Assembly (NCBI GenBank): GCA_002633005.1
Contig: NMRA01000734.1
Span: forward strand, 1-64,000
Direction: 5' to 3'
DNA length: 64,000 bases
DNA from: Phoronis australis
Taxonomy: Eukaryota > Animalia > Phoronida
The translations under genes were made by a program, and so were the position numbers. The notes below the pieces were generated by a model. The model saw nothing but the letters and a program-made list of their open reading frames with translations, did no database searches and had not been told where the DNA came from. How positions within the stretch are numbered: position 1 is the stretch's first letter; each line of letters begins with the position of its first letter. Below are positions 1 to 13,682 of the stretch, in pieces.

Positions 1-139
1 CAATAAAGAACAATAGATGGCGCAACATGACGGACGAGCCATGCTTTACAGTAGGACAGTGCTGGCTGGGTCAGTCAAGGTCAACTAGGCATAATCAAAA
101 CAAAGTGAATTGAAAGCCAGCCAGCTGTGTGCTTGCATA

Positions 140-1049
140 AGTGAACGAAGGAACAACAGTATCCGAAAATCTCGAATAATTCAAAAAGTAGACGTCGTAG
201 CGCAAAATGGAACATATCTTCAGAAAACCTGTTCAAAATTCTATATAAAGTGATAGTTTGGCAAAAATCCAAAAATTTTTCGAGAAAATTGAAAACAGTA
301 AGTCTGAGAAATACGCTCTCGCAGACTTTTTGAAAGCCCATACTTCAAGGAATCCACATGCAAAAATTCACGTCATTTACTTGTCCCGTTAAAAATGCGA
401 CACCAGAGCGATTGAAACCGTGTGAACATGCACCACAGTCGCCATCTTGAAAGTGACTTCCAGTCCAATAATTTTTTATAAAAGCTTATTAAACTCAACA
501 AACACGTGACCAGTTTGAAAGTGATTGGTTTGCAATTGCGCCCTCTACAGGAGAAAACGTTTTTAGCCATATTTCGGGGTGTACATGCGCCACGTCCAAT
601 ATTTCCGCCATCTTTAACCGGAAGGCAACGATTTTCTGCACAATTGTAGCACATGCGTTCTAGTATTTTCGTACCGATTTTCAGCCATGTAGGTTGAAAA
701 ATGCGGCCTCTACGAGTATTTGACTGTGAAATCGGATACAAAATGGCCGCCACGTCCGCCATTTTGTATCCGATCATGACCAAAAACAATAGCGTTCTAG
801 CAGTTCCCGATCTACACGTTGTGTGCAAATTTCGTGAAAATCGGACCACAATTGCAAAGTACGTGTTATGTGTAAATTTCGTGATGATCGGACGAAAATT
901 GCGACCTGTATCGTGCGAACAAACAAAAAAAACAAAAAACAAACATAGTGTCAGAGCAATATACTTGGCGAAATTTATTTCGCCAAGTAAAAAAAAACAA
1001 ACATAGTGTCAGAGCAATATACTTGGCGAAATTTATTTCGCCAAGTAAC
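140..1049 (-). mobile_element. Non-autonomous Helentron/DINE-1-like element, family A, copy 1 (may continue beyond the window start)
   Basis: About 140-1049 is homologous in reverse complement to about 50397-51140. The terminal hairpin TACTTGGCGAAAT-TT-ATTTCGCCAAGTA occurs twice (962-989, 1020-1047; 58-bp period). An internal perfect 17-bp-stem hairpin lies at 731-774. Confidence 0.7.
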
Positions 1050-4000
1050 AAATGTAACCAGTCTCTTTACATGCTCAGCGAGTGCCATCCAGCTCACACA
1101 CACGTGTACATAATATTTTCATTACCATTTTCGCAGACAAAAGGATAGAGTATGGGAATCATGGCTAAGAAGATCTGGTGATAATACTCTGAAGTATAAG
1201 TTAGGGTTGAGTTATTATTGTGCATACAGCTGTTTTGTTTTTTTTTTTTAATTCAGAAATCCATGAAGTAATTCACTACACCGTGTTACATGACTTCACA
1301 CTGGCAACATAGAATGAGAATCAAATGAAAATTTGACTTACAATACAAAACAGAATTGGACTCGTTTTATTTGATGGTTCTGCTACCTGCGGGCACCAGA
1401 GAAACGCGGACACGAAACAAGTTTGTACAAGAAACTCGCGCTGGTTTATAAGTTCAAATGTCATGCTAATGTTCGCAGAGCTAAGAAACTACTAATTGAA
1501 GTCACTTTTCTTCTATTTTCTCATTTCTGGGATATTGAATTCATGATTGTGTTATGCAGTGTTGTAAATGGAGGTTTAATGATGCTGACAATATGATCAC
1601 TTGTCAAAACAAAGTAAATGGTGGTTTTAAACACTTAAAACATAGTTTAAAAAACTTGATCACTTACATACATTGACCAGAAAAAAGACTTGACAAGCTG
1701 AGAAGTTCTTTTGATTTCAGCACCAAGAAAATAAGGAAATCAAAAACACAAGCAGAAAATTATAATTAAATTGAAAAAAATGAAAAGTTCAAAACCACAG
1801 CAAAAGTTTTATACGGTATTTTCTTTAACACATCCTGGGCCACTCAAGTCTGATGTTGTAGACATTTGTCATAAAAAAGCAATCACTTTTTAGCCAAGTG
1901 TGCTAAACACATGTTGTGAGCTACACAAACATGTCAAAGTCAATTTGCGTATGGTGGGAATCAAAAACATTCAGCTGAAGGTTTCAGGAACCATATTGTC
2001 GATTTGATTTGTCGTGGAGTGGAATTTGGAAGGAAAGTGTTACTAGTAACGTAAAACTTAAGTGTGTATGCACTCATAAATCTTGGCTCCAAATTACAGG
2101 AAATGAACGGGAAAAAAATGCTTGAGCAGTTATAGGTGGGTCATGCACAAACCGAATTACGCAGCTACAAATACTCTAAACCAGTGGTGCTGAACGCGCT
2201 AAAACCCTGCAGGGTCAAAAACTTGTCTACAAAATCAATTCAAATTTCCGATACAAAAGTTTGTAGTGCGCCACATTATAAACATGTGAACAACAAGAGT
2301 ATGGGGTAATTGAGTAAACTGAATCTGTTTTTTTCTATGACCCTTGACATAGAGCCCAAGAAAGGCAAGGGTGACGTTCAATGAGGAAAGTCTGACTGGG
2401 GTATGCAATCCCTCCTTTCACAAGCAGAATCACTAGCACCTGAACATATATCCATACATGGGATTACGTTAGATTGGTGAATTGGTGACAACAGAGCACG
2501 GTTAGGGACTGGGGTGATAAATGCAGATGTTATATTTATGAACTGTTGACAATGACCCACAGTCAGTGAAAATTTTCATTTCTTTGATTGAACACTTCAC
2601 TAACTACAGGAGACAAAAGGTTAAGCCATTTGTTTCTGGTTTCTTCCCTTGGCACTCACTCCTGTCTGTGTGAAACAGATTCCCTGGTTTGATAGTAACT
2701 TTGTTGATTGCTTGATACCCGTCTGGTGCTTGTGCGAAACTCTTTTCGACGCCCGATGTGCAAACCTTCACACTATCTGCTGCCCAAGTAAAGCAAATAT
2801 AAAATGATCCAGACCCTATGTCAAAATCTGCTAAGGAGGGACTATCCCATAGGTGGGGTTGGCAGCGACATACTACCAACAGGGGTACAACTAATTTGGC
2901 TTTGTTGAATCTGTAGTATTGGAGGTATCATTTATGAGTGAGTCACAGAATTGGCAACAGGAGTTGGAAAGAATAGGTAGAAATGATCATATCTTGGATA
3001 GGCTTCTTTATGGTGTGGTATTGTTCCAGGTACACATTTCCAGGTATTGCATTGATTTGGTAGGTTTTAAATGTGCTGTCAATCCCTCCTGATCAATGGC
3101 CAATTAGGTTTTGAGTGGGTATAATACACATTAGTTGCATTTACACAAGGACTACTTGACACACAGCAGTTGACACAGAACAGCTGATTGGGCACAAGTA
3201 TGGGTGTAAACACAAGTGGACTGTCAGAAAGCAAGTTGACACTGCCATCATTGGTTTGAGAGGTAGTGCAAGTTGCACTCATGTCAACTATACGCCTAAA
3301 CACAAACAGGGGAAAGGCTGAAGGGATCGTCTTTTACTGTGTATGCACAATGCCAGACATAAATCGTTTTTGACGTTTAACACTGTTAATCTGTCTTCGT
3401 ATATTTCCATAATGACCCAGTTTGTGATGTCACGTAAATGCGACAGAGGTGGAGCAACTCGCATTTAACAACTCCACCCTGTCATGTGTTCCTCATGTAA
3501 AATCAGCTCTTATAACTTCTGGACCCAAGGCCAATTTCTACTAGACATCAAGATATTGGCCTTCACACCAACTAAAAGCAAACAGCTTATCTTTTAAAGA
3601 CCAACATAAACAAATCTCTCCAACAAGTTGACTCCAGACAAGCTAAACTCCTACACAAGAATGTGCAAGTTGGCACTTGAACATCTTTGAAGTAAGTGAG
3701 TTCAAAATACCTTTCAGGAAAAAGTCAACACTCTGGGCATGGTCATATGCGTATAGCATGCATCCAGACATAGACTGGGCCAACTTAAGCACCTGATCAA
3801 TAACAAGTGGCTGGGGATGGAACACAACAATCAATACTCATACGAAGTTAATTCAAGCTGGGTTGCACCAATTCAAATAAAATGTAAATTTGAATTGCGT
3901 CTGCGTTTTTAATAAAACAACCTTTAACTAATGACTGAGGAAAGTGATCATTATGCCCCAAGGACAGAGGCTCATAATAGCCTTAAAATGATATCGCCAG

Positions 4001-7000
4001 ATTTTAAGTACTATTTTTGTTGGTCATTTATACAGGGAGGAGACATCTAAATCCACCCACCACCAGAACTCAAATGGAGTAAATCACCACATAACAATTA
4101 ACATGAAAGTTTGCCACTTAATTTTAGGTCCAAGTTTCTGTCATATATCAGTGGCTTGAAACTTGAACATTTACAAACTGCACTTTATCAGTTACACTTA
4201 ATCCGCCCTCCAACAAAACTCAACTTTTGATTAAGACCAGAAACTGTGATAAAACTGGTTATTTAAAAAATATCAACATAGCAGGTGTCATGATAGACAA
4301 ACAAAGACATCTTAAACGTTGAGGCTCCCCAGTGAAACCCACCTGTTTATAGTCCCATGTGAAAATTAGTGGAAGTAATCCCACTATTTTTTTCAACAAA
4401 ATTATAATTGAAAAAATTTTGAATAGGGACATGACTTAGCCAGTATTCTGAAGTCTACCAAATTTGAGAGGGGGGAGATTATTCACATATTACTGTAGTT
4501 TGTTTACTCAAATAAGATTCTGAACTATCTGTAATATAAGACCAGTGGAGTTGAGGCATGCCCTATTGAGCTGTCTGTGCAATGTCAAGGCCTACTAATA
4601 GGAGTGACAAAAATACTAGTATTCCCAGCAATTAGCAGGAATCCTTGGGGACACAACAGCTCAACGAATTAATCCTGTTAATTTTTTTCCTGAAATATTT
4701 TCGGAAACATCCAAAAACATGGTAACACAGCAACTCCAAAACTGTATTTAAGATTTCACACCAAACAACACTGCCCAAATACACTGACACACCCGCCTTG
4801 GTGAGAAAGGACTAGACAATGGTCATCTGTCACACACAAAAAAAACATACTGCAATCTGCAGACAGGGCTCCACCAGAGTAAATAACACACCTTGTCTAA
4901 TTTACTGGTATAAAAGAACTAATGCTGATTGTGAAGGAGATTTTTGTAAACATGAGCATAAAAAGAAGCCATACAGGAGAGACACAGGATGACTGGCAGT
5001 GGCTGTGTGTATTCAAGTGGTGGTGAGGTCTTGGCAAGATGGGTTCCAATACCCCGGTGTGCTCAACTAGCCTTTTCGCTAGCACTATTCTCTTGTAGCA
5101 AAAATGCTATTAATGTGAACAGTTTCAAGTGTAACCGATGCTGGCGGTTTGAGTTTCCAAAACTGCTGGGATTTTTGCTCGCACTTCTGTAGCCAGACAG
5201 CTTACTTCAATGAACACATGCGAGTAAAAGGCATTTGTTTATCGTCGCGTACATTAATTTATGGCAGGTGTTTTGACATCAATTTTTGCTTAAAAATGAT
5301 TCAGGTGGTGGGGAAAATTGAACCAACTGTTGTTGAAAATGCCCCTCCCCCTCCTTCATGGACGGCTAGAATTTTCGTCATTCATGTGAACATATTATAC
5401 CAGTGCCCGACTGTCTGGTGAGTTCGGACAGATAACAGAGGTTAGATCAGGCTAATGCAATGTTAAATCTTGTTAGTATATTTGACAACCAACCATCCAC
5501 CTTATAAGATTCAACACCAGCAAGGTGGCCACATGACCAATGTGCTGTGCTGGAAAGTTGAATTACTAGTATCACATAATGTAAATGACCATGCCGTTCA
5601 CCATTTCCATTTACCAAACTGTGTACCGTACGCACCTTTTTTAAGCCCATGCGCTTATGTGCGAAGCTGCTCCTATATCCAGAACGCGACTGACATAAAA
5701 CAAAAAGAAAGTTTTTGAAATAAAACAGTTTATGAGTGGAGCTATACATTTCAACTTGACATTAATTATATAAAGGATAACTCCTGGACAAAACACAAGA
5801 AAAGCATTCAGTATGAGATATTATACAAGAGGTAGCTGCATGCACTTTTAAATGAAGCATAATCGTTTGCACCTATTATTTTTGACAAAATGCATTATTT
5901 TGGGAACAGACACATGGACCCAAATACAAACAAATGAGTTGAGCCAATGTACTGTATTATTCTAGTCGAAAACCAGTACTGAACTTGCCTGAAGACATGT
6001 TATGAAGTTAAAAGAGCAATGCAAAAGTTGTAAGTTTGATAATTCATTGCATTCTATTAATAATTTCATGTTATGTTAGATGTTATTTTGGTCACAAGGA
6101 ATCTTTTCTCATTGTTTGTGAACAAGCTGAAAAGAAAAATTGACGGACTTAAAGAGAAATCATCCAACACTCATTTTAATGGTTTACTGGCATTCAACAC
6201 TCTCAGATTCAAATACAGCGCCAAACGACAATGTTAAATTAATGTGAAAAGTTAAATATTGTTCCCAAACAAGCAAATGGCCCACTCTGAATGAACCGTT
6301 ATATTCAGACTTCATTTGAATAAATAATAATTACTATGTTATTAGCTGCACTGTAAATTACATAACTAATAGTGATTTAAGTTTAACTTGCTTTAATCTA
6401 ATCGCTGGTGTACTTTTACACAGCATTTTTAATGAGTGGAAATTACTTTGGATTACAATCTATGTAGTTGGCATTCCCAGCCGATGAGACAGTTTCCTGG
6501 CTGATTTTAGTGAAATCCATACCACAACAGTCACACGCCTAACAATATTGGGCTGAATCCAGATAATTTCAAGCCAACCCAGAAAGCTTGTAAAATTCTT
6601 TAAGATGACTGCTTTTGCCTAATTCTGCAGGTCAACCTATAAAACAGTTATTGACTGATTAGACTGTCAAGAACATTAGATTAGATTAAAGGATGGACAT
6701 AAACTGTACCCAAGCCATCACTCACTACTGAAGAAGTTCTGAAGAGAGTCTGGAGAGGCACTAGACATTGTTTATGTATGAAACTTAATTGCAGGATTAG
6801 GTTCTCTTTCAAAACAAACCCAAACTTGCTTAAATAAAACAAATATGCAACACAAGAAACATCCACAGTGGAAGGAGGGTCAATGCACCCATGCATGGTT
6901 GGCTGTTGCATACTGCAACATGATAACTTATAGTCAACCATTGTAACACACACATTGTCAGCATTCTTTGCCAAGGAAAACTTCTTCACAATGTTAGGTG

Positions 7001-7478
7001 CCCTGATCATTTTGGTCATTCATAAAACTCAACTACACTACATGCAGATTATTCTAAAGTCAAGACTTGAATTTGCCAATTATGAATATACTGATACTTG
7101 ACTGATTTTGATATGGGAAGACAGGGCACAACTATGGTAGTTGACAACTTGTATGAAACGCGAAAGTTTCCATACAAAGAAGCATAATATTGCTCTTTTC
7201 ATGAACACGTGTACTGGCTTGGTTTGTCAACCTGGACACTGTCAAAACTAGCATTCAGGCCACCACATATCAAAGGCTGGGCGCAAATATATACAATCTT
7301 TTGTAATCCATTGTGTGGTCAGAAAATGAACTTAAAGACCCAGAACATTGCATTGTGTATCATGAACACATTAGGGTAAAATGCTAGGAGGAGAATAGCC
7401 AAATGTGTTAGGAACTATATTGGCATTGTTCCCATCATAAACAGTACCAGTAAGACATCTCCAAGTGCCTAATCTGAT

Positions 7479-7847
7479 CAGGGCTCGACATAACGAGCTG
7501 CAGGTCGCATTTGCGACCTGAAATTTGGAAATGCGAGCTGAGATTTTTGTCAGCTCGTATAAAGTCGCAAAATGCGACCTGGAATTTCCAACGAATGCGA
7601 GCTGAGTTTTTACACTTCTCAACAGATACCTGGCAAATACAAAGCAGCTCTTGTTAATCTGACCGTTATTTGGTTGTTGCCAAATACAAGTTCAAAAGAA
7701 CACTAACCGAGAACAGGCCTCCCGATGACTTGTAAGCAAGTCGCGTGAACATGGGATATGAAGAATCGATCTTTGACGCGTTTCATTGGCTAACACTTTC
7801 GGCCACTTTTGTAAATTCCCGGATTCGCCGAAGAAAGTTTCGGGCCA
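7479..7847. mobile_element. Probable left end of a hAT-like DNA transposon/MITE, truncated by an assembly gap
   Basis: Starts CAGGGCTCGAC and has a subterminal palindrome CAGGTCGCA-TT-TGCGACCTG (7501-7520) plus repeated ATGCGAGCTGAG/ATGCGACCTG motifs. No matching right end is visible. Confidence 0.4.
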
Positions 7848-7983
7848 NNNNNNNNNNNNNNNNNNNNNNNNNNNNNNNNNNNNNNNNNNNNNNNNNNNNN
7901 NNNNNNNNNNNNNNNNNNNNNNNNNNNNNNNNNNNNNNNNNNNNNNNNNNNNNNNNNNNNNNNNNNNNNNNNNNNNNNNNNNN
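7848..7983. other. Assembly gap (N run)
   Basis: Run of n characters. Confidence 1.
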
Positions 7984-10002
7984 ATTATTCACATCCTTTC
8001 GTCATATCAATTAAGACTAGCCAATCGGTCAACATTGAGTACACTAGGTTATCTGCACTTTATAGGGGTTAAGGCCAGATGATAAGGCATTGAAATTCAT
8101 GAACTTAGATGGCCGATGGACTTGTGGGTCTTCTGCCCAAAACACCAACCTTTGGTTTAGACCACTCGTTGTCATTAAAACCTTGTTCCTAACTCATAAT
8201 TTTATCCAAAATGATTTCTATATTTGAGGGGAACTGGTATACCAATGCTTCAATTTGCTAGTTATGAAGGGTTAGTTTCAGTCTCCTGGCCAGTACGTCC
8301 GCCAGGGAATTTCAAGCAATCTCTTGCAACTAATTTCAATTGAAACAAAGAATAAACATATGATGATGTTGCTTAGGAAGAGCAAACACACCTAAGAAGA
8401 CAGTTGACGTGTTTAACACAACAAGGTAAATATTAGTTGGTCCAACAACCCTGTGTGGGGCAGGGTAAGTGACCCTCGTGAGTAATTTGCAAACCTGTCA
8501 ATAAACACCAATGGCCTTTTTTGATGTTCTTAACCTTTTACATTTACCATCGCGTAATCCTGTTATGGCACTTTTCCATTTATTTCGCTCAAGATTACTT
8601 ACCATTACCAAAATGGTAGTTTTTCCAAATTCAATGGGTGACTGCTTTTTTGCAGACAATGGTAACTTTAGTAAATGTTGTTTTATAACATCTGCACACT
8701 GCAAATCACGCCTGTAATTTCTTAAAATGTTTTTAATCTTTACTTTTGTGGAGAAATTTAACAAAATAGAATTTTACTTGTCATATCGTCTGCCAAATAG
8801 GTGAAGAATTACGGACCAGTACTTGGCCACGTGCTTAAAAACACCTGTTGTCAGCCATGCTCATGATGTTGGCAATATGCATGTGACAACTTATTTTGGT
8901 CCACTAACTAGTGCAATTTGCATATCAATAATACAAAACTGAAGAGGAGGTAGTTGCAGTTTCATTGATTGTAATTGTTGTAAAGATAATTGTTTCCTGA
9001 TATACCACTTAAGTATACTTTATTTTATCAATCACAAAGTAAATCATGAAGACATTCCCATTACAGTATCATAGCCCAAGCGGTCATGGTTTACAAGGTG
9101 ATATATAGGCAATACATCCCCTGTGGATGCCTGACACATACAGGCAATAACCCTGTAATGGAACTGCTCAATGGATTTGCTTTTTGAACCATAAAATAAA
9201 GTATATTAAACAACGTGTAGGGAAGCAGCTACCTGTGAATACTAGTTTGGATATGAATATGTTGCCAAAAATGCAAACATCTCCCTATCAGTTTTTTGTC
9301 CTAAATATGCAGACTATGGGTCATCTGACCAAAAAAGTTGTGAGTTTGGCTTAGTCAGGAATGTCTGTCCTTGGACAATTTTTGATATGCGAGGAAGTAA
9401 GTTGAATTGATAACAGGATTGAAATTCACTGACTTGAACGAGTAAAGGGTCATGAAACAGAACAAAGTTTATTGACAGATAAGTCTCAACTTTTTCAGTA
9501 CATTTACATACAAAAGTTATCAGCTGATTCCCGCAATAACTACTTATTGGTAAAATACACAGGCGGGCCACCAACCCTATCCCAAGGGTTTAACCTCGCC
9601 CCAAGTTGGATTAGTGGACCAACTACGCCGCACTAAGCGATGCAATGCTGTCACGCAGCCACTGGTTCAGAGACAGAGGGTGATTGCGTTTCACTTCACT
9701 GGGAAGTGGGAGATTGTGAGAAGATATAGTTAATCACCTTGAGTAAAGTTGAGGTAACGCTCGCGCAGTTTTCAATGGCAAGCTATAATGTAAGCCAGAA
9801 ATTAAAGGAAAAAATGGAAATGAACAAAATGCCAAATTCATCAAGAGAGGAGTCAGTGAGGAGTCCAACACAGGAACCTCTCCCGGCCACATCGTAATGG
9901 TCGTATCACAGGTAGGTTTCGAAAATTACAGCCTATAATTTGCCTGTTAGGCAAATAATGTCTTGCTTAATTGGCAACGTTGAATGTTGAGACAAAACTT
10001 AC

Positions 10003-10098
10003 CGGCTGGGCCGACGCCACGACAACAATCACCAACAAAAATCCTCCAACATTCGAATGTCGTCTGCTCGGAGATATCCGAGTTGCAGGGGAAGCCAT
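10003..10098 (-). CDS. Probable first coding exon of an unidentified secreted or membrane protein (MASPATRISPSRRHSNVGGFLLVIVVVASAQP)
   Basis: ATG in a strong context (aaaATGG) at 10098, 32 codons with a hydrophobic stretch FLLVIVVVA, and a consensus donor CCG|gtaagt (phase 0). The surroundings are CpG-rich and promoter-like. Downstream exons were not established. Confidence 0.5.
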
Positions 10099-10289
10099 TT
10101 TCAACGGCCCTAAAGCAGGTACTTTGAATCAAAAAATCTGCATATAATCCCGTGTGTGTGTTTCTTGACAAACGTTCCACGAATTCCGGGTTCAAACCGT
10201 CAAACTTCTTCAGCAGACGGCCTGTCACCTCACAACCCCGCGACTGCAGACGAAACACTGACTGGGAAATGTGTCCGGACTCCTGAAAT

Positions 10290-10330
10290 GTGCCAACCAC
10301 GTGATACACTCCACGTCACAGACAGGCGGT
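10290..10330 (-). promoter_or_regulatory. Putative promoter elements: E-box CACGTG and UPRE-type TGACGTGG
   Basis: On the plus strand, CCACGTG at 10297-10303 and CCACGTCA at 10311-10318 (reverse TGACGTGG), about 200 bp upstream of the ATG at 10098. Confidence 0.35.
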
Positions 10331-13171
10331 GTGCTGAATAAAAACCTAACACCTCATTTTAGTATTCTAAAAGGGAGTTTCGTGTCAAAAGTAGACATTT
10401 AACTGTGCGTTCCCCACACAATAGCTATTATCTGGCCGCTTGAAAACGTATGCTGTCTTATGGCCTCGTATTTCAAAGGCGTTTGATCGTTAAATAGAAC
10501 AGCTCAACTAATTCAGTAAGGTATGAGGGTTATCGCGGTCGTAAATCTCGGCGAACTGTTAAGACAGTCGGACAGGCGGCTTTGAAAACCAAATATTAGA
10601 CCTTAATAAACATGTTAATACCAACGAAGTGCTACGTACAAAATTTTGAAATGTTTTCATGGCAAACTTGAGCTTTTTTACGCACCGTACAACTCCTTTA
10701 TGGTCACAGACGGGACCACGAGCCTATAGCCTACCACTCAGCGTCACGGTGGTGTTATGCAGGCACATTTAGCCACGGGATTGAATTTAAGTATCCCCAA
10801 ATTAGATCTAAAAGTGATCATCAGGATTACGGATTGAACCCTTGGTCGAGGAAAAACAAAATGTTAATTCACAAAATGGCTGGTTGGTTGATTGATTCAT
10901 TGATAATTGGCGCCTTAGGTAAATGACTGCAAGGGGGTCTTTAGTCCCCATTTTTTCAGAATGTCCATATTTACCAGCAAATCTATGTGGTTTAACCACG
11001 TAACAGGTTTATTTTAGTTGTCACGGTTACATATCATCAAATATGAAATTTCAGCGCCCCCACTGGTTAAGAAAACGTCCCGCTTTCAATTGCTTTGTTG
11101 ATTGATTGATCGAACACTTTATCGACTGGTCGCTTAGGCCTACTGCTTGTTTACTAGATTTAAAGTGACTTCATTTGATGGACATAAATGAACAATTATA
11201 GTGAAGATACGTGAAAAAATACATTATAAACATGATGCCAGGTGATAATAGATAAAAATGTGATAACAAAGATTACACAAAAACCAGTTGGCTCCAAGCA
11301 GATGTTTTAGTTTAATTATTTAGTCGTCACAATGATGAGCCAGCCTCACTGTCTCAGTCGAGTGTTTTCCGCTAGACTTCTCACTCAATTAATTCAGGAA
11401 CCCGGAATCCACCTATTCGTGTAGACACGTTACACACTCACTTTCAGTCAAATCGATACTCGGAGTTACAAAATTAAATATAGAATGGATGTATTCCGTG
11501 GGTTCTTCATGGGAGTCCTGTCCATCCAAATCAAGTGCTGCCCACGCACTGGGGCCCGAGTGTGTCGTAGTTGACTCCGTAAATTTTTTTTTTCGTAAGT
11601 TCCAGTTATTGACTCAGATAGGAATATCATTATTATTTTACGAGTTGTGGTGGTCGTGTAATTTGTGACCACCAGTCATTTTTGTGTTTTTAGGTCTGAG
11701 AAGGCAACAGAAACACACCGCCGGGCTGCATGGTAGCCACGTTCCTGTTTTATTGTGGAAGCAATGGTCAGGTGAGTAACCATTTCCAGCGACGGTTGTG
11801 TCTCGGCGGGATGCGCTAGCTTGATTGGGTTATTCCCCATCAATGCGATTCTGTCTGGTTCCAAGTTGCGCATGTTACCAGGGGACGCATGTTGACCTCT
11901 ATAGAGCCATCTGCAAGTGAAGTTTAGAAAATCAAGTCATATTTTATGATTTTTACGAAGGGGTTTTTCCGAAATGTTTGTAAATTATACGTCTTTATCA
12001 AACTCTTAGCCTGATATGAAATATTTCATTTTATGGCAAAGCGTGTTGTATCATTGGAAGAACGAATATAAATCAGGCACATCTGGACAGATGGGCGTTT
12101 TTATTTGATCTACACGTTTCTTTACGGTGCGCTGCTCGACCTTTTCCCACCGGTTGATCAATGGCTGAAAAAGCGACCACAGCGATGCAATTGCTGGATA
12201 AAGGTGACCAATAAATAAAACAAGGTAAAGATCAGAAAACAAATGCCGTGAACCGCAAACGTACAATAAATAACAAAATTTTCCGGTAGGAACCAAATTA
12301 TTATCCCCTTCATAAAATTGTAACAATGTCCGCAGGATACTACATATCATTAGGCTATTGTTCGCCAGTTGGTGTGCAAGTCCCGCGATTACCCAGGCTT
12401 ATAATGCGATTAGTAATGGTGTAAAGCAGAAACCACACGGAACTGATCCCTTTTAACGGAACAGGACGTGACTAAACGGGCTCTTAGACCTATTTAGCCC
12501 GGTGTCTCCGACCTCAGCTTGCTAAGTTGATACCTCGTTTGATAAAAAATATAATTTTAAGTCTCTGCTTCCTTACAGTTTATTGTTGTTCACACGGCTT
12601 CAAGTGAAGTAGAAAAATGAAACGGCTGGTCTGGAGTAAAACAAATATCGACAACAACCAGCCAGCTCTCAAACTTAGAAATCATTTGTAACCTCAATAA
12701 GGAACAATGCCAGACTGATTTCATGGTGGCAAGTGAATTACACTAAAAGTTGTTTTTTGAGTTTTGGCAGAAGGCACGGGTTTGTTGCTTCTTAACTGCT
12801 TGGCAAAGGAAAGAAGAACTGGTGGACGACATAAAATTAATGCTTATTCACATTTTTGTATGTGTTCCAACAGATGCAATCAATTATGTCATCTCATTAT
12901 CCTATTTTTCATCCCAAGATTTCAAAAGAAAGCATAGGACATGTTGGATCCTGAGAGAATGCCGTCCATGAAGCTGAGCGCACGTCATAGAACCACTTGT
13001 GTAAATATTTAAAAATGGGCAATCTAGGTGAACACGCTCTCTCGTCCAAGCCGTTATGGTATTCGTCTCGCACACCGTACACTGGAAGGCAAATGGCGAG
13101 TGGCTTACATGCAGCGCACCGAGAACAAGCAGACTTTCGCAAAAAGTACGATTCACTGTTAGAACGGGAAA

Positions 13172-13270
13172 TCATAGGCGGCGTAGCACTGAAAAAAGTG
13201 GGGGGCTAAAGCCCCTTCAGCCCCCNGACCATGTGCCGCGTAGCACTGAAAAAAGTGGGTGCGCCGCTTA
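13172..13270. repeat. Dispersed short MITE-like repeat (GGCGGCGYAGCACTGAAAAAAGTGGGGGC family)
   Basis: Related copies at about 27647-27795 and 45503-45570, and in reverse at about 25331-25362. Confidence 0.65.
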
Positions 13271-13682
13271 AAGGAAAATCGTTCCGTCAGGGATGATTCC
13301 ATCAGCAGATCAGTGCATGACCAACAGAAAGCAACTGAGCATATAATCGATTGTCTGAACAGTTAGAAAATAAAAAGCAAATTCTCAGACTGAGAACGGC
13401 GTGTTGGGTGAGAGAGGTATTGGTAGTCGGACAACAGATACAAACATAATGAAAATTTTACATAAGACCCAAAAAATTTGGTCAAGCAGAACGTTCGCCC
13501 CAAAAAACGTCAACGCACCAATACCATGAATTTTGCCTTTGACATTTTCTTCCGGGATTCAGCTTTTATCGTTATTCGTGTAAACATCTGAAAGCACACG
13601 AATACGTTACCCGAATTAAAGAAATAATGCTTTGTGACAGCAAATCCTGTCCTCTATTTTGCGTACCAGACATATGGTTATA

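Noticed and set aside
373-1148. ORFs of up to 189 aa at the window start
   Set aside because: They lie within a non-autonomous Helentron-like repeat, and the frames are not preserved in the copy at 50.4-51.1 kb.
2340-3320. Cluster of 60-91-aa minus-strand ORFs that might be a decayed coding region
   Set aside because: No recognisable motif, no consistent frame or splice signals; cannot be supported without a homology search.
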